Assembly (NCBI GenBank): GCA_049599475.1 | Contig: JBMYOQ010000003.1 | Location: 86,291 to 150,290 of the forward strand | Length of the DNA stretch: 64,000 nt | Direction of reading: 5' to 3' | Source of the DNA: Opitutales bacterium | GTDB taxonomy: Bacteria; Verrucomicrobiota; Verrucomicrobiia; Opitutales; JABSRG01 | Program-made: the position numbers and the translations under genes | Shown: piece by piece, positions 49,731 to 61,100 of the stretch | Layout of the letters: each line of letters begins with the position of its first letter | Position numbering within the stretch: position 1 is the first letter of the stretch | The notes under the pieces: model-generated | Database searches by the model: none | The model's input: only the letters and a program-made list of their open reading frames with translations | What the model was told of the DNA's origin: nothing

Positions 49731-52457
49731 TCAATTACCGAGGCGAGACGATTGACTTACGTTGAATTGGTATTCCCCACTACCCACATTAAGGATGATA
49801 TAGTCGTCAAAATTTCGTGCGCCCATAACACCCGCAGTTCCTTTTACAAATGCTCCGTTTTTCCAGCACAGACTGCCCGACTCTGAAACTTCGAATGCTT
49901 CGTTCGCATCTTCAGGCTTTGGCAGATACAACTCCGCAGTTGTATTTCCTGGTACCGTCACACTGAGAGTGAAGTCACCATTATCTTCTTTCCTCCACTC
50001 GGTCGAGATGAGGCCATACATCGTAAATTTACTTCCCCGCGCCCATGTTATCTCGTCAAACACGCCCGGCTTCACCCAGAAACGCTTATGCCCGATGCTG
50101 CCTTTGGCGTTCTGGATGCCTAAGGCTCCCTTTTGATAGAATGAAGCGATTCCGGTGTAGCAGGTATGAATCTTACTAGATTTGACACTGCTCCAATACT
50201 CCGGCCAGGTTGTTTCACCACGACTAAGAAAATAGCCGTAAGAAGGGTGAGTCTCCTTATTGAGGTGCTTCGCAACGATATCGCTCCGGTCTGCATCTTC
50301 GATCAAAAACTTCAAGAGCAGCGGCAAACCGGAACTTCCCATATCCAGGTAAGGTGTCGTATTCAAAATTTCATTCTCGAAAACTGCTACTACTGCATCT
50401 CGATGCTCGCTCGGGGTGACCCCGGATAAAAGCGGTGCTGCGAGGTGTGTTTGTATGTTATCGATGTAGTTGCTTTTTGCTTCGTCAAAAAACTTAGCAT
50501 GAACATGTCGGCGCAAGGTATCCCTTCGCTCTGAGTAAATTTGGACATCTTTATCACGTCCAACCGCGCCTGCCATCTCGACAAACATATCGAGGATCAT
50601 GGCATAAACGCAGTTGTTGAACAGCTCTGCCTCGGAAGATTTGCCACTGTTCTTACGGCCTAGTGGCGCACTCCATTCTCCGAGAAAACGGTTGCCCCCG
50701 TCGAAAGCAACCAGAACTCCATCAGCAGCGATCTTACTATCCAGAAAGTCGAGCCACTTCTTCATGGTCGGATAGGAATACGAGACTATACCTGTGTCTC
50801 CGAAGGCCCGGTACATTTCATAGGTTACGGTCAAGGGAGCACTACTCCATAAGGGTCCCCCCCATGTTTTATTAGGTGTTGGAGCCACAAACAGAATTTT
50901 CCCATCAGAGTGCTGTACATCCATCCAACCTTGTATAATTTTCTTATAGTAGGATCCTGTCTCGAAATTTGGTAGTCCGATGCCCCATGCAGTCGCAAAG
51001 GTTATCTCGCCATACCCAAGCCGCTCCCGGTGCGGGCAGTCCATTGTGACGCCATTGATTGTATTTGCGCGAAAGGTCCACAGATCTGTTTCGTAAATTT
51101 CGTTGAGCAGCTCATTAGAGGACTCGAAGGACCCCGTCTGCTTAAAATCATTGGAAACGGCGTACGCCGTCAAAACCGGCTTTTCGCTTACACCCGTGAT
51201 TTCGATCTCGCGACCGGCCAGATAGTTGAAGCGATTACGAAAAACTCCCTCTCCCGATTCATCAAACACGAATATGTTCGTTTGCCCAAATTCTCCATAT
51301 TCTCCCTTTGGATCACTTTTCTGATCGTCCTTTACCTTGATCGTGACTTCGCCATTTGCTGGACCTTTCAGAGCCACTTCAACAAAACCGGTAAAATTCT
51401 TCTCCAGACTGATTTGATAAGCTGAATCCACTTTGACCGTTTCAATCACCTTGATCTCTTCAATCACTCGATCCGGTGCGATCATTTCGGCCGACAATTC
51501 TGCTTCGAAATTCAAGGGCTCTGCCCCCTTCCAGTCACTGTCGTCATAATCCACTCGATTCCAATCCGGCTCCAAGCGACTCGCAACAATCTTGTCGCCT
51601 CCGGCTTTGGTGTGCCCCCAGCCACCAACATGCTCACTTGAGCTGAGCTTCCATTTCCATGTCGAATCAGTGGATATGGACAAATGTTTGCCATCTGTCT
51701 CAATATTTACCTGTGCTTTAATCCCTTTGGGAATCATTCGATAGCTTCCAAAAGTCGTCCATCCCGGACCGTACCAGATGGCGATTACATTCTCCCCTTC
51801 CTGGAGAAGGCTTGAAATATCGTAAGTCACGTAGTGCACCCGCTTATTCAGCGCAGTCAGCGTCGGTGCCATGAGGCGATCATCGGCTTTTTTGCCATTC
51901 ACATATAATTCGTGAAATCCTAGCGAAGCAACATAGGCGAAGGCATTATCAACTGCATCTTCGAGCTGTAACTTCTTTCGATACCAAATGTGTGCCTTCG
52001 AGCCTGCTCCCGCGGCACGGATCCATGACCCTTCCCAGTCAGCCGTATCCAGCAATCCGATACTCCACGCAGCTACCTCGCTAACTCCATGCGAGACACC
52101 ACCCTTGCCAAAGGTCTCCACTGTCCAATAACAGCGCTGGCCGGACCGCATGGCCGGACCTTCATACTTAACGTGTATCGATTGATCAGATTCAACTTTT
52201 CCAGAATCCCAGAGATCCCCGCCCCCAGTGGGCTCGCTGGACACTTTCACGCGATAAGCAGTTTGCACATCCCCGCGTGTTTTGTGAGGAATCGTCCAGC
52301 TCAGACGCGGTTGAGCGACATCGATCCCTACTGGGTTTTCAAGATACTCACACCTTAGGTTAGAAGGAACCGCTAAGGCAGAGGTGATCACACCAAAGAA
52401 AATCAAGACAACTGTATGAATTCGCTCTTTCACTTTATTAAATCCTGTGGGAAGCAC
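49731..52457 (-). CDS. Secreted GH78 alpha-L-rhamnosidase
   Basis: NLRCEYLENPVGID...PRLSW, DCPHRERLGYGE, GETTWPEYW. Confidence 0.88.
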   Translation of the reverse strand: MLPTGFNKVKERIHTVVLIFFGVITSALAVPSNLRCEYLENPVGIDVAQPRLSWTIPHKTRGDVQTAYRVKVSSEPTGGGDLWDSGKVESDQSIHVKYEGPAMRSGQRCYWTVETFGKGGVSHGVSEVAAWSIGLLDTADWEGSWIRAAGAGSKAHIWYRKKLQLEDAVDNAFAYVASLGFHELYVNGKKADDRLMAPTLTALNKRVHYVTYDISSLLQEGENVIAIWYGPGWTTFGSYRMIPKGIKAQVNIETDGKHLSISTDSTWKWKLSSSEHVGGWGHTKAGGDKIVASRLEPDWNRVDYDDSDWKGAEPLNFEAELSAEMIAPDRVIEEIKVIETVKVDSAYQISLEKNFTGFVEVALKGPANGEVTIKVKDDQKSDPKGEYGEFGQTNIFVFDESGEGVFRNRFNYLAGREIEITGVSEKPVLTAYAVSNDFKQTGSFESSNELLNEIYETDLWTFRANTINGVTMDCPHRERLGYGEITFATAWGIGLPNFETGSYYKKIIQGWMDVQHSDGKILFVAPTPNKTWGGPLWSSAPLTVTYEMYRAFGDTGIVSYSYPTMKKWLDFLDSKIAADGVLVAFDGGNRFLGEWSAPLGRKNSGKSSEAELFNNCVYAMILDMFVEMAGAVGRDKDVQIYSERRDTLRRHVHAKFFDEAKSNYIDNIQTHLAAPLLSGVTPSEHRDAVVAVFENEILNTTPYLDMGSSGLPLLLKFLIEDADRSDIVAKHLNKETHPSYGYFLSRGETTWPEYWSSVKSSKIHTCYTGIASFYQKGALGIQNAKGSIGHKRFWVKPGVFDEITWARGSKFTMYGLISTEWRKEDNGDFTLSVTVPGNTTAELYLPKPEDANEAFEVSESGSLCWKNGAFVKGTAGVMGARNFDDYIILNVGSGEYQFNVSQSSRLGN

Positions 52458-53870
52458 TTATGCTCTGCAGATAACTTCGCATGAAATGCCAAACAGATGT
52501 GCGACTTTCTCGAGCACACTTGCCTGATGCCCGACTCCGATCGCACAATGATGTGAAGGCCCACCTTTCGACCAATTATTCATAAACTGATCGGCAGAGA
52601 TCGAAAATTTGTAACGGCTGTTCGTATTACCAATCTGAAGGACTGGACCAGGCACGGACTCTCCTTCTGCAGCCTGCAAGCTCACCGAACCGTCTCGGTG
52701 CTGCACTACCGAAAGCAAAGTCACCGGACCGTGTTTCACAGTCATCTGGATAGAAAGCCCCTTTCCCGGCTTCCCGTGGTATACTGGAACCGGAACAAGT
52801 CCGACTCGCCCCTCAGCAATTGCAAAATGTGCAGGTCCATCATGCCCCAGATAAACGACATCATCGACAAAATCAGTAAGGTAAAATTCAGAGAACGACC
52901 CCCCAGCACCGAGCAGATCCATGATCTTCATCGCCTGCACATTCTTGACCTCATACTCACCGGCGATGGGCACGTTGCGGCCCGTCAGCAAAGTGTTGCC
53001 AGCGATCAGTGATGTCACGATATTCTCATACTCACCGACCCCTTCGTAATAGTAGGCCATTGAGCCAAGCTTATGATTCGCGATCAATTGATCGAGCGCC
53101 TCCGAGGTCCGTGCTGCGCGCTCCAGCTCGGAAAATTCACATTCGTCCGATACATCAAATTTCTCTCGAAACTCCTCAACCTTCGCAGACACATCCCGAT
53201 CCGTTACCGCCTTCCGGAGTTCGAATAGCTCACACATCTCGACAATCTCGAAATGATTTCCGAACGCAGCCGATTGCTGAGTCAAATCGGAATACACGTC
53301 CAGCATTCCGCAATAGTAATGTCCCATCAGGCCCACACGATTCGCACGCATGCGCGCAACGACTGAAGCCGCCTTGGCCCAGCCCGCAACCTCTTCCCAT
53401 ACGGTCTCCTGTTGCAGATACCCAGAGACCACGTGATAATCGATCCCGGCGCGATTAAAAATACTCGCCAGTTCGGGCACCGAGCAAGACTGACAGTGTT
53501 CCAGCCAAATGCCTGTCATCGTACCACGGTCGCCATTCGAATTGAATTTTTCGTAATCCAACTGCGCCACAGGTTGCAGATTTAGCATTACAACGGGCAC
53601 CTTTGTCTTCTGCACAACGGGCAACACGGTCGAAGAAAGAGCGTAGGTCGAAATAAAGAGGAAAATAATATTCACATCTTCGTTCTTAAAATGTTGTGCA
53701 ATCTCACTCGCTTTTTCGGGTGAATCGACCATGCCACCATCGACCAAGTCAACGGACATACCTGATATCTTCTTTGCGATCTCACGGTGATAACCCGTCA
53801 AGCGACCCAACAAACCGTCAAACTGCGGCCAGTATGTGTCCAAACCAATTGAGAAAAGCCCTACTTTCAT
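52458..53870 (-). CDS. L-fucose/L-arabinose isomerase family sugar isomerase (substrate unknown)
   Basis: AGEYEVKN, GGSFSEFY, LGHDGP, GPSHHCAIGVGH metal-binding pattern. Confidence 0.8.
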   Translation of the reverse strand: MKVGLFSIGLDTYWPQFDGLLGRLTGYHREIAKKISGMSVDLVDGGMVDSPEKASEIAQHFKNEDVNIIFLFISTYALSSTVLPVVQKTKVPVVMLNLQPVAQLDYEKFNSNGDRGTMTGIWLEHCQSCSVPELASIFNRAGIDYHVVSGYLQQETVWEEVAGWAKAASVVARMRANRVGLMGHYYCGMLDVYSDLTQQSAAFGNHFEIVEMCELFELRKAVTDRDVSAKVEEFREKFDVSDECEFSELERAARTSEALDQLIANHKLGSMAYYYEGVGEYENIVTSLIAGNTLLTGRNVPIAGEYEVKNVQAMKIMDLLGAGGSFSEFYLTDFVDDVVYLGHDGPAHFAIAEGRVGLVPVPVYHGKPGKGLSIQMTVKHGPVTLLSVVQHRDGSVSLQAAEGESVPGPVLQIGNTNSRYKFSISADQFMNNWSKGGPSHHCAIGVGHQASVLEKVAHLFGISCEVICRA

Positions 53871-53899
53871 TGTATTTATAATATGGATATTAATGTGCT

Positions 53900-54955
53900 C
53901 TAGTGTCCGCCTACAGCTCCCTGCATATGATTCCCCAGACCAATGAGAACCGTCGACAAGGTGATAACCAAAATGCCCGAAACCAGCGTTTGAATCGCCT
54001 TACGTCCCGCACCTTGCCATTCCTTCAATGTCAGGCTCCAGATGTTACTCGCGAGAATGATGAACGACATATGTAGCGTCCAACTGGTGAAGTCGTATGC
54101 GCCCATCATCGTCGAGCCCATACCATAAAACATAAACTGAAGATACCACACGACGCCCGCGATCGCAGCGAAGCTGTAGTTGCGCGCCAATGACGCTCGG
54201 TCGCCGTTTACATAATCCTTCCACGTCCCCTTCTTCACCAAAAGGTAGCCACACCAAATGATATTTGTCAGAAACCCGCCCAGGAGTATGACAACGAGCA
54301 CGGCACTATTGACCCAAAGCGGTGCTGTCCCCGCTTCTCGAGCCGCATCCGCGACGGGGATACCTGCGGCAAAGGCAAAGGCCATGCAAGCGCTCATCAA
54401 TCCGGCAAAGCCAGCAACCAGTAGGCCCCGCGTTAGATTGAAGTCCTCCTTTGTTTCTCCCCCTGCAGAATGCGCTTTTTCCTTCAACTGACCCGCGTAT
54501 CCGCAGATCCCAATTCCCAACAAACAAGCGAAAATGCCTGAGAGGATTACCCAGCCCGGCACCGTAGTCAGCAGCTGCATGATACTGCCATCATGAACAG
54601 CCGGAACCAGAGTCCCAAAAGCCGCACAAAACCCGAGTGCCACGCCATAGCCGAGTGACATACCAAGATAGCGAACGGACAAGCCGAAGGTCAATCCGCC
54701 GACACCCCAAAGCATACCGAATACGAAGGTCCACATGAGAGACATCGGTGGCGCGCCTAGAATGACGCTCAACATCATCGGCACAGTGAGAATTGCGACC
54801 ACGAGCGGCGCGATTATCCAAGAAAAGAAACCGTTGACGATCCAAGCGCTCTCCCAAGCCCAGTTCCGGACTTGCTTGAGCGGAAGATAGAAACTTCCGG
54901 CGGCAAAACCACCGATCGCGTGCATCACGACGCCAAGAAAGGGGTTTGAGTCCAT
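53900..54955 (-). CDS. rhaT: L-rhamnose/H+ symporter
   Basis: SFYLPLKQVRNWAWES, GLTFGLSVRYLGMSLG, WYLQFMFYGMG, SWTLHM. Confidence 0.9.
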   Translation of the reverse strand: MDSNPFLGVVMHAIGGFAAGSFYLPLKQVRNWAWESAWIVNGFFSWIIAPLVVAILTVPMMLSVILGAPPMSLMWTFVFGMLWGVGGLTFGLSVRYLGMSLGYGVALGFCAAFGTLVPAVHDGSIMQLLTTVPGWVILSGIFACLLGIGICGYAGQLKEKAHSAGGETKEDFNLTRGLLVAGFAGLMSACMAFAFAAGIPVADAAREAGTAPLWVNSAVLVVILLGGFLTNIIWCGYLLVKKGTWKDYVNGDRASLARNYSFAAIAGVVWYLQFMFYGMGSTMMGAYDFTSWTLHMSFIILASNIWSLTLKEWQGAGRKAIQTLVSGILVITLSTVLIGLGNHMQGAVGGH

Positions 54956-55232
54956 TTAGATGAAATAATGTTGGGTAACAGGCCAAGCTGCCAGAATTGC
55001 CTGATAAGGGAGTTGTTCACCGGGGTGACCCTTATCCTAAACTTGTATTTTTTGCCTCCATCAGAAAATGGATTGAAAAAACCTAAGCACATCGAAACCC
55101 GAATTTGGATGAGTCTAATTTCTTCTTTATAGTTCAATATCATTGATAAAAGACCGATTAGTATACAGTCTCTAAAAAATCTTTAAATGCACACCTTGTC
55201 GCAATTAATGTACTTTTTGATCAATATGAACC

Positions 55233-56108
55233 ATGGTACTCAATAAGGATCCCAAGGGCTTTTTCCGATACCTGCCTCTAGCGCAATACGACAAGATCAC
55301 CGGTTTTTTCGTGACCAACTTTGGCTGGACTGAAATCGAGCCCGGCATGCCCTATCCACCGTGGCAACACCCTACCGAGTTTAGTTTTACTAGCGATAGC
55401 GGTCGACGCATTGACGAGTATCAACTGGTCTACATCACCAGAGGCTCAGGAACCTTCTGGTCGGCAAAGACCGGAACCCTACCGGTCCGCGCAGGCACCG
55501 TATTTCTCCTGTATCCCGGAGTTGGACACCGATATAGTCCCGATACAACGACCGGCTGGAATGAGCAATGGTTTGGCTTCAATGGTGAGGTTGCCGAGCG
55601 AATCATGGCACACTACTTCGAGGAAGAACCGCCTGTCCTCGAACTCGGCATCAAGCCAGAGCTCCTAAGCCTTTTCGACGAAATCCGCGCACTCATGGAG
55701 GAGCAAAGTGCAGGGTATCGCCGTATTATGGCCTTAAATGCCCATGAAATCCTCGTGCGACTTCAGATAGCGACACAGACAGATCAAGCGAGCGATGTGG
55801 AAATCGAAGCGGCCTGTCGCTACATCGAAGAACACTACAATGAAGCTATAGACTTTGACGCATACGCCAAAAGCAACGGAAGAAGCTACTCCAATTTCCG
55901 ACGCCGATTCAAAGACTACACCGGCTCCGGCCTAAACCAATATCAACTCTCGATTAAGCTACAGAACGCCAAGCGATTGCTCGATAATTCCAATCTAAAC
56001 ATCAAAGCAATCTCCCAAGAATGTGGCTTCGAGAGCCCATACTACTTCTCCCGCTTCTTTAAATCGAAGACAGGGTATTCACCGAAACAATACCGTTTGC
56101 GCTGGTAG
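55233..56108 (+). CDS. AraC-family transcriptional regulator
   Basis: Cupin N-terminus; C-terminal CGFESPYYFSRFFKSKTGYSPKQYR. Confidence 0.93.
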   Translation: MVLNKDPKGFFRYLPLAQYDKITGFFVTNFGWTEIEPGMPYPPWQHPTEFSFTSDSGRRIDEYQLVYITRGSGTFWSAKTGTLPVRAGTVFLLYPGVGHRYSPDTTTGWNEQWFGFNGEVAERIMAHYFEEEPPVLELGIKPELLSLFDEIRALMEEQSAGYRRIMALNAHEILVRLQIATQTDQASDVEIEAACRYIEEHYNEAIDFDAYAKSNGRSYSNFRRRFKDYTGSGLNQYQLSIKLQNAKRLLDNSNLNIKAISQECGFESPYYFSRFFKSKTGYSPKQYRLRW

Positions 56109-56137
56109 GCATACGGAGAAGTTTTGGGTAAGCCGCA

Positions 56138-57466
56138 TTACATTTCCACGGGATGCCACTCCTTAATTAGCTTAGAAAGCTCGGCGATCTTTTCTGGGTA
56201 TTGTTTGGAAAGCTCGTTTTCCTCTTCGGGATCCTCTTTCAAATTATAGAGACGAACCGGCAAGGCATCCCAACTATTCACGAGACTATATTGCGTTGTA
56301 TCCTCGCCGTCATGACGAATCATGAGCTTCCAATCACCATGGATCCCCCATTGGTAAAGTAGCGTGCTGTCAGGATTTTCGATACTAATGTTGTGCGAGG
56401 CGTGGACACTGCCAAAGATCGTTTTGCGTTCAGTCCGCGCCTGTTCATCAAGCAAATCTATACCTGGTAGATCTTTCGGATAATCGACTCCGGCCACCGT
56501 AGCGAGCGTCGGGAAAACGTCCAGAGAGTGCGCAAAATTAGGATCATCCTTCGGTTCAATTTTTCCAGGCCAGGAAACCATAATGGGCGTCCGAATACCT
56601 CCATCAAACGGCGAAGCTTTAGTCCGCACCCCGTATTGTGACCACGCCTTCTGAGCAGGATCACCACGCCGCACGCTCTTCGCTGCCCATCCGTTATCAC
56701 AAATATAGAAAATCAGGGTGTTCTCGCGAATTCCCTTTTTATCGAGGTAGCCGAGGAGATCGCCGCATGTTTCATCGAGCCATTCGCACATCGCAAAATA
56801 TTTTGCCACATCATTAGGGCGCCCTTTTTCCTGATATTTTTCCAGCAGACGTTTGGGTGGATTATGAGGAGTATGTGGGAGAAAAACTCCATACCAGACA
56901 AAGAAAGGTTTTTCCTCCTCTACAGCCATATCGATAAAATCAGTGATGGGTTTGAGCGTTTTGCGGCCAATATCCAGAGGTTTACCTTTGCCGTGTCGAG
57001 TAGCTGGATTCGACTTCATTCCGTGGGTAAAGCCCCCGTCCTTGTAAGAGCCTTCCCACCATTTTCCGGACTGGTGTGCTAGGTAACCGCTCTCGGTTAA
57101 GGCCTGAATAAAGCCAGGGTTCTGGTAGAATTTCTCACGCAGAATGATATCGAGCTCTTCTCTGTTCACCTTGGCCTGCACATCATTCCCCGTGACCCCG
57201 TGATCCGAAGGATGTAGGCCCGTGACCATCGATGCAAGCGACGGTCTGCAAATCGGAGCAGCCAAATAGCCGCGACGAAACAGCAGACTTTCCTCAGCGA
57301 GCTTATCCAAATTGGGTGTTTGAATATCCGGATGCCCCATAAAACCATAATCGGTCCATTTTTGGTCATCACTTAACAAAAAGACGATGTTGGGGCGATC
57401 ATAGGCCTGCGCGACCGAAACGATTACAGCCAATATAAATACGAGGGTTTTGTGCATAGAGGTCAT
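56138..57466 (-). CDS. Secreted S1 sulfatase with variant CRPSL motif
   Basis: Signal peptide; RPNIVFLLSDDQ; ICRPSLASMVTG; PHTPH; DNG. Confidence 0.88.
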   Translation of the reverse strand: MTSMHKTLVFILAVIVSVAQAYDRPNIVFLLSDDQKWTDYGFMGHPDIQTPNLDKLAEESLLFRRGYLAAPICRPSLASMVTGLHPSDHGVTGNDVQAKVNREELDIILREKFYQNPGFIQALTESGYLAHQSGKWWEGSYKDGGFTHGMKSNPATRHGKGKPLDIGRKTLKPITDFIDMAVEEEKPFFVWYGVFLPHTPHNPPKRLLEKYQEKGRPNDVAKYFAMCEWLDETCGDLLGYLDKKGIRENTLIFYICDNGWAAKSVRRGDPAQKAWSQYGVRTKASPFDGGIRTPIMVSWPGKIEPKDDPNFAHSLDVFPTLATVAGVDYPKDLPGIDLLDEQARTERKTIFGSVHASHNISIENPDSTLLYQWGIHGDWKLMIRHDGEDTTQYSLVNSWDALPVRLYNLKEDPEEENELSKQYPEKIAELSKLIKEWHPVEM

Positions 57467-57764
57467 ACTATTGGGAATGCTTTTACATAACTAAACGACC
57501 TAAAGGTCACCTAGTATCCACGGAATTTTCATCCTAATTAAGAATCCAAAATCAAGAGTTCTCGTGGATGTGGTGATTGTGAGAGAAAACCCAAAGCAAA
57601 CACTCAGAGTTTCATTTTAAAAGTACTAAAATCGAATTTTCCCCAAAATAATGACCAAATTTTTTTCTGAAATAAAGTAATGCTCAATAAATACAAAAGA
57701 TTGATCAGATTATACAAAGAAGTGGCACATAGACTGTTTTTCATAGGAAAGTTCGCAGTCATAA

Positions 57765-57831
57765 GGTAGCGGCCGGCGACCCCGACGGCCGAATCCGCAC
57801 TGAACAGCCGCCGGGGTCGTCGGCTGCTACC
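57765..57831. repeat. Inverted doublet of GTAG-type REP-like palindromes (REPIN-like)
   Basis: GGTAG-CGGCCGGCG-accc-CGACGGCCG and minus-strand GGTAG-CAGCCGACG-accc-CGGCGGCTG, 13-nt spacer. Confidence 0.8.
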
Positions 57832-57842
57832 AGAACATTTCA

Positions 57843-57948
57843 GGAATAAACGAAAACACTTTTGAGAAAGGTGTATGGCTCGAGGATAAGCAAACAAATC
57901 GCAGTTAACACATCACGAGACTATAGCTCCTGGCCTAAGAGATGTTTC
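57843..57948 (+). repeat. ~105-bp direct repeat, copy 2 (orphan sulfatase 3' end, KHLLGQEL*)
   Basis: Aligns to 45409-45511. Confidence 0.9.
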
Positions 57949-58174
57949 TATAATCGCAAAAGTTGTAACCCTAAGCGTATAGCGGGAATTACTGATTGCA
58001 CATCCCTTTTCGTTGTTAATTAGTTGCTAATATACCCTAACCCCCAGCCCATTCAGAGTCTCCTAAAACTCCGAAGATAATCGAGATTCAAAAAATAACT
58101 TTGAATCTCCGCCAGTCATTACCCCACCCGATCGCAGCCCCATAGTTGATACCTTTGGTCGATCGGAACCCAAG

Positions 58175-61100
58175 GTGACCCCAACGAGGAAACCTGCGGT
58201 TCAAGCTTTACCCCAAGCCCTACCCCGCTCAATGCATCGAATCCTAGATTTAGGAATCTCATTCCGCCCGGCGTCCTGCTTACGTAAAACCGTGAGCACG
58301 ACTGTTATGATTGCCTCAAGCCTGTTCTCCAATGGCCAGAGTGAACCTGAAATACCCGCTATCACTCGACAAGTTACGACCGTCGAAGGCAATGAATTAA
58401 CTGCCCCCTATATTCCAGCATACAGGACTTCGGCCGACGGACGCTTAGCAATGTCGCCAAAGCGCATGAATGGACAAGCGATTGTATTCAACCTTTTAGT
58501 ACCTGAAAGGCTTGAAGGGCATTTCAACGATAGCCCAAACGGAGCAGAAATTTTCTGGGGAGCTAGCGGTAATGCACATTCACGGGAAGCTCGACACGAC
58601 ATTGACAACTTCTGGGATCTAAGCCACTCAGACGTGTCTCACCCAGTGAACACCCACTTGACTTTCTATGACAACCCCGATGCGACCAATCCGTATTCTG
58701 GGTTTCGTCAAGGACAATTCGCGGGTAGAGATTATTACGATATGGTCATGGTGACCTTCGCGGCATGGGGTCGTCCAACCGGCAATAGCGCTACATGGAA
58801 GGTACCATTCTACACTGAGTTCACCGTTGAAGTGACGAGTCCCAAGACCGCTAATGCGCGTATTACAGACGTCGAAATCGGAGACCCTATCATGGGTATA
58901 CCCTTTCAGGCTGACGATGTATTCGAGCCACTTGTGACCGCAGATGGGCGCCTGATGATTATGCGCATATCAACAGATGATTTCGTATGGGAAGACCCCA
59001 CGAACGGAACAACTCAAACTTCCTACCAGAACGTAGTATACACGTACCGTTCCGATCCACGCGCATTCACTGGACCTGGAGCATGGCAGACATATCACCC
59101 TCTCTCATACGCTCCTTATGATGTTGAAATTAATGGCACGAATCAAAGCAATCCCCCTACCGGAACTAGTTCCGATGATTTCGCATTCTACGGTTTTGCC
59201 GCACATCCCTTTCGTGATCCCATTGGCGGAGCCATCCCCCGAGGCTTCGACTTCAAAGCAAACTATCCATGGATCGATCGTGATGGAGATAATGTCGTAC
59301 TTACTACCATCGCGCCTAGCCTACGAGACGGCAATCAGCGGAATAACCCAACGCGGTATGATGTCAGTCCTATTCCAGGCGTATCCACTGAAGACGATAT
59401 TTTAAACAACGATATCAGCGGAATCAGCCGATCGACCCAGACCAAGGGGCATGTAATCATGGGACTCTGGACGCAGGGAAAAATCGTAACGATGGACAAT
59501 CTGCTCAACAACATCGATTACGGTATCACGGTGCCTGATGAGGCACATATGAACATCGATCTCTATGAGGCAGGAACCGGACCTTACGGAGGATCCGGAG
59601 AAGTTAGAATCGCCGCAGGCAGAGACAATGCACGCGGGCAGCCCCTCGGCACTCCAGACAACACAACGTTTTTTGATAGCACCGAACAGATTTTTAACTA
59701 CGACGAAAACATGCGGCCGCGCACACCGAGAGATGTCGTATGGTTTGTAAGCAGTGGCACCACAACGGAGGAATTTGCTTTCGACGACTACATGCACTTC
59801 GATAGCTTCATTGTAAGCCATATGAACGCTGCTTTCTCGTATGGGAGCACAACTACAGCGCCTGATCGATTCATCCGTCCCCCTTACTACGATGGTTGGA
59901 GTGGAAACCAAGACCGGTTCTTCCCGGAAGATATTCGATTCGAGAACTCGGGAACGGCGCTTCCAAGTCGTTGGAGAATCCCGACCTATGCCACTACATT
60001 CCCGACAAACAACGACAACGATATCCGTGTCGAACCGGTTGCTATGGGAGGCATCAACGGCAAGGGGCTTTGGTTGGACGGCGATGAAGGCATTCGCTAC
60101 AGAATTCCGAATAACCAGCCCGCAGAATTCAGCGAGCAAAATTGGTATTACGGGATCTACTTAGATTGCCGTTTCGATAACGACACTAGGAATCGAACAG
60201 TATTGGCATTTCCTGACGGCAGCCAGTTACGGCTGCGTGGGCGCGACGAAGTGATTTATTTCAATGGAGGTATCCAGCATGTCATTTCATTGCCTTCAGA
60301 CTTAAGCCTTCCACGCGACGGATGGTCCCACCTAGCCCTGCAGGTTTTCAACGGTGGGAGCACGGTCGATTTTTACCTGAATGGGTTTCTGTTCGACCGG
60401 TGGGACAGCACAACGACACCCCTCTTCCAACTTCAGGAAAATGGCAATTTAGACATCGGTCGTACGAATAACAATGGCTTCGTAGGATGGATCGATGAAT
60501 TCAAGGTATTCGCGGACACATTTAACCCAGAAGTCATAGCCAACTTAGCTGGCGGAACGCTCGTAGGCTTCAACGACGAAGATAATCCTTCGATTGAAAG
60601 CAGGGCTCGGTTATTCGAATCTTGGGCGCATGATGAAATAAGCACTTTCCTCGCAATCAACGGAGAACAGACCTACGATTTCTATGCAGTCCACTACAAC
60701 TACCTCAATGACACCATCGCACATCCGGGAGACCGACCCGCTTCCACGGTAAGTCTCCGCAGTTCGATATTGTTCCCGGAATCCCCTCTTTTCCACGATG
60801 CTGAAAGGCCCGAATCCGCGTTCAACCAATTCTGCCTGGATTGTCACGGAGTGGACAGCACGCATGGACTGAACATTGGCGCTTTAAGCTTCCAACCTGG
60901 AGTGAATGCGAGCGATGACGCACGCCGCCAACCCATGCAGCCCAATCCATTCATTAGCGGAAACATACCACAAAACTGGATACACGGCAGCCCAGCATCA
61001 AGTGACCGCTACATTAGTCAAAGTATTGATGAGTGGCTACTGGCGACGCATGGAGGCGAGCCTCAAAGCGTAACCAGCTTTACATTGATCGACGCGCACA

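Noticed and set aside
57604..57897. 97-aa minus-strand ORF
   Set aside because: Runs through the REP doublet and AT-rich intergenic DNA
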